From an uncultured Planctomycetia bacterium (GTDB lineage: Bacteria > Omnitrophota > Gorgyraeia > Tantalellales > Tantalellaceae): DNA of 45,089 nucleotides. The position numbers and the translations under genes were made by a program. This document shows, piece after piece, positions 9,040-16,596 of this stretch. The DNA is taken from the NCBI GenBank assembly GCA_964528025.1, contig CAZGOZ010000004.1, forward strand, positions 1 through 45,089, read 5' to 3'. Under the pieces are notes generated by a model, which was not told the origin of the DNA, did not search any database, and worked only from the letters and a program-made list of their open reading frames with translations. Each line of letters starts with the position of its first letter. Position 1 is the stretch's first letter.

Positions 9040-9550
9040 TCGTAGGGGCGGACCTACGTGTCCGCCCTTCGCCGCGCCCCGCGAAACGTCCGCCCATCGC
9101 CTCGCACGACCCGACTCCCCCCGTGCCTTGAACGACCCGGAGAATTGCCTGAGGGCCTTGCTCTCGGAGATGGGCAAAGAACCCGCTCGAAATTCCTTTG
9201 CAATGTATTTGGATAGGACACGTTGGGAGTGTTTCTACCGGACATAGTCCGTACGAAACACTCCCAACGCGTCTTTTGCGGTAAAAAGTAGTGTAAAAGC
9301 TGGGGTGTGGTTTTTTGTGTGTGGGCGCATAGGGCAAGGCCCTCAGGCAATTCTTCGCACCGTACTTCGTTCGCAGACAAAATTTGCTCCGCAAATTTTG
9401 CGTAGAAGCGGGGTCACCCCACCCTTCGGGGCAAGCCCTCCGCCCCCAGTCAATTCTCCGCATCGTCCGTAATTGTGACGGAGACCGCATAACCATATTT
9501 AGTGTTGGTGACACCAAAAAGCCCTCGGGATGCCAAGGGGCCCCCTTGGC
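9040..9550. repeat. ORF-free GC-rich cluster of hairpins and repeat units
   Basis: Hairpins at 9044-9068, 9221-9269 (15-bp stem) and ~9521-9552 (tgccaagggg/ccccttggca). A 21-bp inverted repeat pairs 9141-9161 with 9334-9354. Only low-quality R/G/C/P-rich ORFs cross the region. Confidence 0.75.
9064..9230. repeat. Dispersed repeat, copy A (partner at 44953-45089)
   Basis: 9098-9230 aligns by eye with 44959-45089 at roughly 85-90% identity, same orientation. Copy A has a ~28-nt extra segment after gcccttcgcc. Confidence 0.85.
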
Positions 9551-9554
9551 ATGT

Positions 9555-9690
9555 AAATAACCAATAACCAAGATACAAATAATATTCAAATTACAATAAC
9601 CAAATAGTGGGTTTTCCCTTATTTGTTTGGTTATTTGAATTTGGTTATTGATGCTTGTTTGGTTATTGTCTCTTGTATCTTGGTTATTTG
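9555..9690. repeat. Long AT-rich imperfect palindrome (subfamily aaccaataaccaagatacaa)
   Basis: Left arm aaataaccaataaccaagatacaaataatattcaaattacaataaccaaata. The right arm is its imperfect reverse complement, ending tcttgtatcttggttattt. Confidence 0.85.
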
Positions 9691-9776
9691 CCTCACATAT
9701 CCCAGGGGGCGAGGCCTCTAATAATGAGAGAAAAGGCGTTAAATAACCCGACGGGGAAGGGAAATGGGATGTGTCC

Positions 9777-11681
9777 CTATTTAATTAAATTTTTCGCTCC
9801 AAGCTTTTTTATTTCTGCCTTGAGTAAACGGCAATAAAGATCAAATCCAACCTGATCTATGAAGCCGCTTTGCTCAATGCCGAGGATATTGCCGGCGCCT
9901 CTCATTTCCAGGTCCCTCATTGCAATCCGAAACCCCGCGCCCAGATGCTGATACTTTTTTATGGAATTTAGTCTTTTCTGCACCTCATGAGTGAGCGTGG
10001 AGAAATCCCTGACCATGAAACAGGCGTAGGCCTTGCGGTCAAATCTCCCAATCCTGCCCCGCAGCTGATAAAGATCGGCCAGCCCGAACCTGTCAGCATC
10101 GTCAATGATCATTGTATTAGCATTGGGAATATCAATCCCCGATTCGATAATCGTGGTACATACCAGAATGTCTACTTCGCCTTTAATGAATTTAAGCATT
10201 GTCGCCTCAAGAGTTCGTGATTGCATCTGCCCATGCCCCACCATGACTCGAGCGCCCGGGCAAAGTTTACCGACTTCTTGAGCCACTCCGGCTATTGTCT
10301 CCACACGGTTATGAACGTAGTATGCCTGCCCTCCTCTGTCCAACTCTCTCGCGAGCACCTCTTTAATCTGCTTTTTATCGTATTCAATAATCTCAGTATG
10401 AATGGGCAGCCTTTCCAGCGGAGGCGTCTCTATAACCGATATGTCCTTGCCTCCCATGATGGCGAGATACAATGTCCTCGGAATCGGTGTTGCCGTGAGA
10501 GTAAGAATGTCTACGTTTACCCGCATTTCTTTAATCTTATCCTTGTGACGCACACCGAACCGCTGTTCTTCATCAACAATCAAAAGTCCCAGATCTTTGA
10601 AGCAAACATCATCGGAAAGTAGACGGTGCGTACCGATGATCACGTCAATCTTTCCCTCTTTCAATTCGGTCAGGATACGCTGTTGTTCTGTTTTTGTCCG
10701 AAAACGATTCAGCATGCGGATCTCCACGGGGAAATCCCTCAGTCGTTTAACAAAGGTATTAAGATGCTGCTCCGCCAGAATCGTGGTGGGAACGAGCAAC
10801 GCCACCTGTTTGCTATCCATGACGGCCTTGAAAGCGCCTCTTAAAGCGACTTCTGTCTTGCCATACCCGACATCGCCGCACAAAAGACGATCCATCGGAC
10901 GAGCTTGTTCCATGTCTCGTTTGACTTCTCTTGTCGCTTTCAGTTGATCCGGCGTTTCCTTATAGGGAAACGCCTTTTCCACCTCTTGTTGCCAGTCAGT
11001 ATCTTCCTTAAACTCAAAACCAGCGGCCCTCTCTCTCTTTGCCTGAAGCATCAAAAGATCCTTTGCCAAGAGAGCAGCACCCTTTAAAGCGTTCTTTTTT
11101 GTTGTTTCCCATTTTTTACCCTTAAGGGAGTGTAATTGTGTCCCACTTCGATGAAAGGAGATATATCTCTGCAGTTTATGGAGGTCACTGTCCTCTACAT
11201 AGAGCTTATCACCGCCTTTGTACTCCAGAACGAAATAATCGCTTAACTTGCCGTTGTGACGCATCCGCTGCATTCCGAGATATTTTCCTATCCCGTAATC
11301 GACATGCACCGCAAGATCCCCCGGTTCAATGTCCACAAACGAATCTATTGGCTGCTCGCCGGTTCCAATGGAAATACTCTTTTTTACGCGCTTGCGTCTC
11401 AACACCCCGACAGGGAGAATGATGACGCCATTATGCTCGTCAATGCTTCTAAAAGACAACGCATCTACACTCTTTATTGAAACCACTATACCGCGGGAAA
11501 GATCCAGACGCACCGGATACTCAAAAGTGGCGGGAAAAATTATCAGGATATCTCCCGTCAGGCTATAATCCCCGCAATGAGAAACACTGCGGCATCTCGA
11601 ATATCCGTATTTATCCAAATGGCGCAAAACGTCACCCAATTCCACCGTTTCGCCGATATAAAATTTAAGTGAATCAAACAT
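9777..11681 (-). CDS. mfd: Short Mfd-like transcription-repair coupling factor (partial D1b + RNAP-interacting CarD/TRCF domain + SF2 translocase); no D1a/D2, D3 or C-terminal D7
   Basis: GDLAVHVDYGIGKY (RID), GDVGYGKTEVA (Walker A), DEEQRFG, QLRGRIGR, and RGAGNILGIEQSG (TRG-type motif). Start set at ATG 11681 because the TTG at 11738 lies in the palindrome. The ORF stops ~15 aa after GFDLYCRLL. Confidence 0.85.
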   Translation of the reverse strand: MFDSLKFYIGETVELGDVLRHLDKYGYSRCRSVSHCGDYSLTGDILIIFPATFEYPVRLDLSRGIVVSIKSVDALSFRSIDEHNGVIILPVGVLRRKRVKKSISIGTGEQPIDSFVDIEPGDLAVHVDYGIGKYLGMQRMRHNGKLSDYFVLEYKGGDKLYVEDSDLHKLQRYISFHRSGTQLHSLKGKKWETTKKNALKGAALLAKDLLMLQAKRERAAGFEFKEDTDWQQEVEKAFPYKETPDQLKATREVKRDMEQARPMDRLLCGDVGYGKTEVALRGAFKAVMDSKQVALLVPTTILAEQHLNTFVKRLRDFPVEIRMLNRFRTKTEQQRILTELKEGKIDVIIGTHRLLSDDVCFKDLGLLIVDEEQRFGVRHKDKIKEMRVNVDILTLTATPIPRTLYLAIMGGKDISVIETPPLERLPIHTEIIEYDKKQIKEVLARELDRGGQAYYVHNRVETIAGVAQEVGKLCPGARVMVGHGQMQSRTLEATMLKFIKGEVDILVCTTIIESGIDIPNANTMIIDDADRFGLADLYQLRGRIGRFDRKAYACFMVRDFSTLTHEVQKRLNSIKKYQHLGAGFRIAMRDLEMRGAGNILGIEQSGFIDQVGFDLYCRLLKAEIKKLGAKNLIK

Positions 11682-11720
11682 TTTAGAAGTAGGATTTGGC
11701 TTAAAGATCCATGAATGGAC

Positions 11721-11899
11721 AAAATAACCAATAACCAAGTTACAAGATACAAATAATATTCAAATCACAATAATCAAACAACACAGCAGTTTATCAAAGT
11801 TATTGATAATTGATTTTTTGGTATCTTCTCTCGTGTTTGGTTATTGAAATTTGGTCATTGGTTATTGTTTGTATCTTGTTTCTTGTATCTTGGTTATTG
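11721..11899. repeat. Long AT-rich imperfect palindrome
   Basis: Arms aaaataaccaataaccaagttacaagatacaaataat... and ...ttgtttgtatcttgtttcttgtatcttggttatt, between the argS stop and the mfd start. Confidence 0.85.
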
Positions 11900-11923
11900 C
11901 GTATAGCCGTTATCCCGCACCAC

Positions 11924-13618
11924 TTACATACGCTCAGGTAGCGTAATATTCAAGAGATTCAGGCCGTTCGCCAGTACAATGCGGGTGCATTCAACCAGGA
12001 AGAGACGGGCTTTTGAAAGTCCGGTATCTTCGGAAATAACCCGGCATTTTGTATAAAATGAATGAAAACAACGGGCCAGATCATTAAGGTAGGTCACGAG
12101 CCGATTCGGTTCCAGTGTGCTTGCGCTTGAAGCGACGGCAAAAGGAAATTCTCCAAGCTTTCGCATGAGTTGTTTTTCTTCCTTCATCGTCATTAATTCC
12201 GGGCGGGTTTTCCGAAAAAACAGATGGAACCGATTCCTGCGGCTATATTTTTTTATGCTGCATATTCGCGCGTGCGCATACTGGATATAAAAAACCGGAT
12301 TATCCGCTGATTCTTTTTTTGCTAACGTGATATCAAAATCAAGATGACTGTCCAGCCGCCTTGAAAGGAAAAAAAACCTTGTTACATCCTTACCCAATTC
12401 GTCTATAAGCTCCCTCAGGCTTATGAATTCCCCCTTGCGCGTGGACATAGAAATAGTCCGTCCGTCCCTCATAAGCGTCACCAGCTGTGCTATAAGCATG
12501 TTCAGGGATCCCTCCGGGTGTCCAAGGGCCTTAACCGCTGCTTTCATTCGTTTTATATACCCATGATGGTCCGGGCCCAGTATGTCTATCAGCCGAGTGT
12601 ATCCTCTCCGGTATTTATCCGCATGATATGCTATGTCCGGCGCCAAATACGTATAAGAGGCGTCACTTTTTACCACGACCCTGTCTTTGTCGTCTCCAAA
12701 TTTAGTGGACTCAAACCATTGCGCGCCATCTTTTTCGTAAATATACCCGTTTTTCTTTAAAACACCGAGGACCTCTTCCACCTCTTTATGCTTCTCCAGC
12801 GATGACTGGCCTGTCCAAACATTGAAATGCACCCCGAAATCTGCCAGGTCTTTAGTTATCAAAACCATCATGTACTCGAGCGCATAATTACGGAAAAACC
12901 CGGACGCCTTCGCGGAGTCTGCAACGAGAGAATCGCCCCGCTTAGTCTTTATCTCTTTTGCTATATCTTCTACATACTCCCCCATGTAGCCGTCTTCCGG
13001 CATGGGGTCGTTTTTCCCGAACAAATTACGGTAACGCGTTCCCACTGATTCTCCCAAAAGCCGCATCTGCCGACCGATGTCATTCAGATAGTATTCTCGC
13101 GTTACCGCAAAACCGCTAAAACTCAGGATACGCGCAAGAGCATCGCCGATTGCTGCTTGTCTGCCGTGCGCTATTGTAAGAGGTCCGGTAGGATTGGCGC
13201 TGACAAATTCCAGGTTAATACGCTTCTTCCGGCCGGCATCGGACCGACCGAAATCGTTTCTTTTTCCGTATATGTATGTAAGGGTTCTGCTGTAGTACAG
13301 GCTGGAAAATCGAAAATTTATAAAACCACTTTTAAGATTGACGCTTTCAATAAAAGGGGCAAGATGTGTTTTTTTTATGCGCTCTCGGAATGCTCCAATT
13401 ATTCCCTCGCCAAGCACGGCAGGATTTTTTCCGATAACGGATGCCAGTCGCATCGCTACATTTGAAGTTAGGTCGCCATGAGCCGGGTCCCGGCTTATCT
13501 GAAGGGTTACTTCCATGCCGTCAGGAAAAGAAACATCGGGCAAATTATCCCTGAAATATTCCTCCGAGGCCCTGAAAAGGCATTTTCCTAATCTTTTCGC
13601 GACGTTTTCACAAAACAT
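11924..13618 (-). CDS. argS: Arginine--tRNA ligase
   Basis: 564 aa with SANPTGPLTIAHGR (HIGH-type) and the MSTRKG motif, plus a DALR-like anticodon-binding C-terminus. Confidence 0.93.
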   Translation of the reverse strand: MFCENVAKRLGKCLFRASEEYFRDNLPDVSFPDGMEVTLQISRDPAHGDLTSNVAMRLASVIGKNPAVLGEGIIGAFRERIKKTHLAPFIESVNLKSGFINFRFSSLYYSRTLTYIYGKRNDFGRSDAGRKKRINLEFVSANPTGPLTIAHGRQAAIGDALARILSFSGFAVTREYYLNDIGRQMRLLGESVGTRYRNLFGKNDPMPEDGYMGEYVEDIAKEIKTKRGDSLVADSAKASGFFRNYALEYMMVLITKDLADFGVHFNVWTGQSSLEKHKEVEEVLGVLKKNGYIYEKDGAQWFESTKFGDDKDRVVVKSDASYTYLAPDIAYHADKYRRGYTRLIDILGPDHHGYIKRMKAAVKALGHPEGSLNMLIAQLVTLMRDGRTISMSTRKGEFISLRELIDELGKDVTRFFFLSRRLDSHLDFDITLAKKESADNPVFYIQYAHARICSIKKYSRRNRFHLFFRKTRPELMTMKEEKQLMRKLGEFPFAVASSASTLEPNRLVTYLNDLARCFHSFYTKCRVISEDTGLSKARLFLVECTRIVLANGLNLLNITLPERM

Positions 13619-13971
13619 CTGTCATCAAACCGTTCTGTCGGAACATCGGCCCACAACCGTTCCAGACCGTAAAACGCCCGTATATTCTCATGAAAAACAT
13701 GAACAACAACGTCCCCATAATCCACCAACATCCATCCGGACGCATTTTTCCCCTCCACACACAGGGGAAAAACACCTTTCTTCGATAAATTTTTCTGGAT
13801 TGTATCGGAAATGGCCCCTATCCTACGGGAAGAACTCGCGCTGATCAGAACAAACCAATCAAACGAAGTAGAAACGCCTCGCATATCCATGAGGACTATA
13901 TCGTCCCCTTTTTTTTCTGCCGCAAGATATGCTACCGCACGCGCCTTATTCAGAGCTGTCGCTGTTTTCAC
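13588..13971 (-). CDS. rsfS: Ribosomal silencing factor RsfS (Iojap family)
   Basis: DIVLMDMRGVSTSFDWFVLISASSSRR...VDYGDVVVHVF...YGLERLW. GTG start. Overlaps the argS start by 31 nt. Confidence 0.85.
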   Translation of the reverse strand: MKTATALNKARAVAYLAAEKKGDDIVLMDMRGVSTSFDWFVLISASSSRRIGAISDTIQKNLSKKGVFPLCVEGKNASGWMLVDYGDVVVHVFHENIRAFYGLERLWADVPTERFDDRCFVKTSRKD

Positions 13972-14066
13972 TGATTGAGTTTATGTTATCCCAGAATGCG
14001 CCTCGGGGGAAATATTGACTCTGTGTCTGTTTCCGACCTAAGATGCCACGAGAAAACGAGATACGA

Positions 14067-14210
14067 TTATTTTCCGAGTATCCGATACATGCCCGTTCCA
14101 CAGGATGGACATTTGCCTTTCATTGCTTTTCTTCCGTTCTTCATTGTGACTTCTTTGGCATCTTTCATCTCTTTTTTCGCTTTACATTTTACACAATAAC
14201 CTTCTGCCAT
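14067..14210 (-). CDS. Small zinc-ribbon protein, 47 aa (DUF5679-like)
   Basis: Below the ORF-track size cut-off. An AAGGAGG RBS precedes the ATG at 14210. Translation: MAEGYCVKCKAKKEMKDAKEVTMKNGRKAMKGKCPSCGTGMYRILGK, with CxxC...CxxC. Confidence 0.7.
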   Translation of the reverse strand: MAEGYCVKCKAKKEMKDAKEVTMKNGRKAMKGKCPSCGTGMYRILGK

Positions 14211-14253
14211 GAACACACCTCCTTGGGTTTCTTCTTACATAAACATTTCGTTA

Positions 14254-14281
14254 AGTTTAGCATACGAATACTAAAAGTCAA
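14254..14281 (-). promoter_or_regulatory. Candidate sigma70-type promoter for the zinc-ribbon gene
   Basis: Minus strand reads TTGACT, a 16-nt spacer, then TAAACT, ~45 nt upstream of ATG 14210. Confidence 0.35.
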
Positions 14282-14367
14282 GAAATTACCGTACATGCTC
14301 CTGTTGCCGAATGAATTTAAATCACCTATAGCCAAAATAGTGAACAGTAATCAGTGCGTAGTAAACA

Positions 14368-14542
14368 GTAAAATTCAAATAACAAAGCACAAAATTCAAA
14401 ATAAATCCAAAAGCTCAAATTCAAATAATAAAACCTTAGATTTTTGCCTGGTATTTTGTTTTTTGAATTTTGTTATTTGTGCTTATTTTGTGCTTTGAAT
14501 TTTGTCATTTGACATTATTTGTATCTTGTATCTTGATTATTC
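14368..14542. repeat. Long AT-rich imperfect palindrome, composite of both subfamilies
   Basis: The left arm, aaattcaaataacaaagcacaaaattcaaaataaatccaaaa, is ~90% identical to 29144-29205. The right arm ends in gtcatttgacattatttgtatcttgtatcttg, the reverse complement of the 31096 left arm. Confidence 0.85.
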
Positions 14543-14580
14543 CCACAGTGACTATGGAATAATCCGGACAAATATCAGTG

Positions 14581-15153
14581 TTACCGATACAGTCCGTGGC
14601 GCTGTATATATTGAAGAACCTCGTCAGGAATTAAATTACTCACGTCTTTTCTCTTCCGAATCATATCCCGAATAACACTGGAAGACACCTTCACGGGTGG
14701 GATTTCAAGCCGCTTAATCTTTTGTTCATAAGAGGTTAGTTCTTTCCATCCGGGACGACTGGCAACAACAAAAGTAGTCAAACCTAAAATCGTATCCACG
14801 TCCTTCCAGGTAGAAAGCTCTCCGGCCACATCAGCCCCGGTCAAAAAGAATAGATTCGTCTCTGTCGAATATGTTTTTTTGAAATAGCGTATTGTGTCAA
14901 TGCTATATGAAGTCCTGCCGCAGTCAATCTCGTATGAGGACGCCTCGTAACGTTTGTCTTTGCCCAGAGCCAACCGAACCATATTCAGTCGATCCAGAGC
15001 CGAAGCATCGCCTTCCACCTCTTTGTGAGGCGGCACATACGCGGGAATAAAGAACACCTTATCAAGTATAAGCCGGGCGCAACACTCCGAAGCTAGGGCT
15101 AAGTGCCCCGTATGAATAGGGTTAAAAGTCCCGCCAAGCAGTCCGATCTTCAC
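14581..15153 (-). CDS. nadD: Nicotinate-nucleotide adenylyltransferase
   Basis: GGTFNPIHTGHL plus a C-terminal SSSVIR motif. GTG start with an AGGAGG RBS. Confidence 0.9.
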   Translation of the reverse strand: MKIGLLGGTFNPIHTGHLALASECCARLILDKVFFIPAYVPPHKEVEGDASALDRLNMVRLALGKDKRYEASSYEIDCGRTSYSIDTIRYFKKTYSTETNLFFLTGADVAGELSTWKDVDTILGLTTFVVASRPGWKELTSYEQKIKRLEIPPVKVSSSVIRDMIRKRKDVSNLIPDEVLQYIQRHGLYR

Positions 15154-15167
15154 TAACGGGCCTCCTA

Positions 15168-16430
15168 TTATTCCTTGATTTGTCCGTTACCGTAAATCAC
15201 GTATTTATAGGTAGTTAGTTCTTCCACGCCCACGGGCCCGCGTGCGTGAAGTCGATCCGTGGAAATCCCGATTTCCGCGCCCTTCCCGAATTCGCCGCCA
15301 TCGGTAAATCGTGTGGACGCGTTCACGTAAACCGCTGCAGAATCCACTTTTTGCGTGAATTCCATCGCGGTTTCCTTGTTTTTCGTTATTATTGCATCGG
15401 AGTGATTTGAACCAAACATGGTAATATGCCGAATGGCGTCTTCGGTCGTCTTGACCACACGTATGTTCAAAACAAGATCCAGCCATTCCGTAGCATAATC
15501 TTTGTCTTCCGCCGTATCAGCCACACCTCGCCCCAGAATCCGTCGTGTTTCCGGACAGCCCTTAAGCACTACACCGGCTTCGCGCATTCTTGCAGCCAGC
15601 CCCGGAAGAAATTTTTCCGCAACATCTTCATGAACAAGCATTGTCTCCATAGCGTTGCAAACCCCGGGCCTTTGAACCTTGGCATTAAAGCATATGTTTT
15701 CCGCCATGTCCAAATCCGCATGCGCATCCACGTATATGTGGCAAATCCCCTTGTAATGCTTTATAACTGGCACACGGCTTTTGTTTGTGACTTCCTCAAT
15801 AAGAGATTCTCCTCCACGCGGCATGATGAGATCTATACCAGGGGACGCCTTGAGCATTGCGTCCACAAACACCCGCGCGGTATTCTCAATAAGAATAAAC
15901 GCATCCGCATTCAGTCCTGCCTTGCGCGAGGCGTTCCTTGCCGTTTCATATATCGCTTTATTTGAATTTATCGCATCCCGTCCTCCGCGAAGTATGACGG
16001 CATTGCCCGATTTGAGACACAGGGCAATACATTCCGCGGTCACATTGGGACGCGACTCATAGATAATTCCTATAACACCTATCGGCACCCTTACCTTTTT
16101 GATAATAAGTCCGTTCGGCCTTTTGATACTCTCAAGAACCGCGCCGACAGGATCGTCAAGAGCGGCTACTTCTCGCATCATTGCGCACATTCGGTCTATT
16201 CGGCCATCGGTCAGCCGTAAACGATCAAGAAAGGCCTCTGGCTTTCCGGCATTTGCCGCGGCAGCGATATCCTTTTCGTTGGCCTTTTTAATGCGGGGCT
16301 TTGCCTCGTTCAATGCTTCCGCCATGACCAGCAAAAGACCATTTTTTTTGTCTCGCGACATGGCAGCAAGAACAAGAGCGCCTTCCCGCGCCCTTTCAAC
16401 GATATCTCTCATCTTGCCTGCCGTATTCAT
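15168..16430 (-). CDS. proA: Glutamate-5-semialdehyde dehydrogenase (gamma-glutamyl phosphate reductase)
   Basis: 420 aa with IGIIYESRPNVT, VCNAMETMLVH and NASTRFTDGGEFG. Confidence 0.93.
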   Translation of the reverse strand: MNTAGKMRDIVERAREGALVLAAMSRDKKNGLLLVMAEALNEAKPRIKKANEKDIAAAANAGKPEAFLDRLRLTDGRIDRMCAMMREVAALDDPVGAVLESIKRPNGLIIKKVRVPIGVIGIIYESRPNVTAECIALCLKSGNAVILRGGRDAINSNKAIYETARNASRKAGLNADAFILIENTARVFVDAMLKASPGIDLIMPRGGESLIEEVTNKSRVPVIKHYKGICHIYVDAHADLDMAENICFNAKVQRPGVCNAMETMLVHEDVAEKFLPGLAARMREAGVVLKGCPETRRILGRGVADTAEDKDYATEWLDLVLNIRVVKTTEDAIRHITMFGSNHSDAIITKNKETAMEFTQKVDSAAVYVNASTRFTDGGEFGKGAEIGISTDRLHARGPVGVEELTTYKYVIYGNGQIKE

Positions 16431-16445
16431 CTCATAACCTCTCTA

Positions 16446-16585
16446 TTTAAATAACCAATAACCAAGAAACAAGATACAAATAAATCTCAATAACCAATAA
16501 CCAAACAATGGTTTTTCCTGTTTGGTTATTTGAATTTGGTTATTGATTATTGTTTGGTTATTGTTTCTTGTATCTTGGTTATTTC
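16446..16585. repeat. Long AT-rich imperfect palindrome between proB and proA
   Basis: aaataaccaataaccaagaaacaagatacaaataa... paired with ...ttgtttggttattgtttcttgtatcttggttattt. Confidence 0.85.
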
Positions 16586-16596
16586 CTTCCTGTCTC

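Noticed and set aside
8990-9589. A 199-aa minus-strand ORF, plus overlapping ORFs at 9054-9380 (minus) and 8978-9247 (plus), in the GC-rich island
   Set aside because: The translations are R/G/C/P/W-rich with no recognisable motif. They run straight through hairpins and repeat units, start inside an AT-rich palindrome and have no RBS. I treat them as non-coding repeat DNA.
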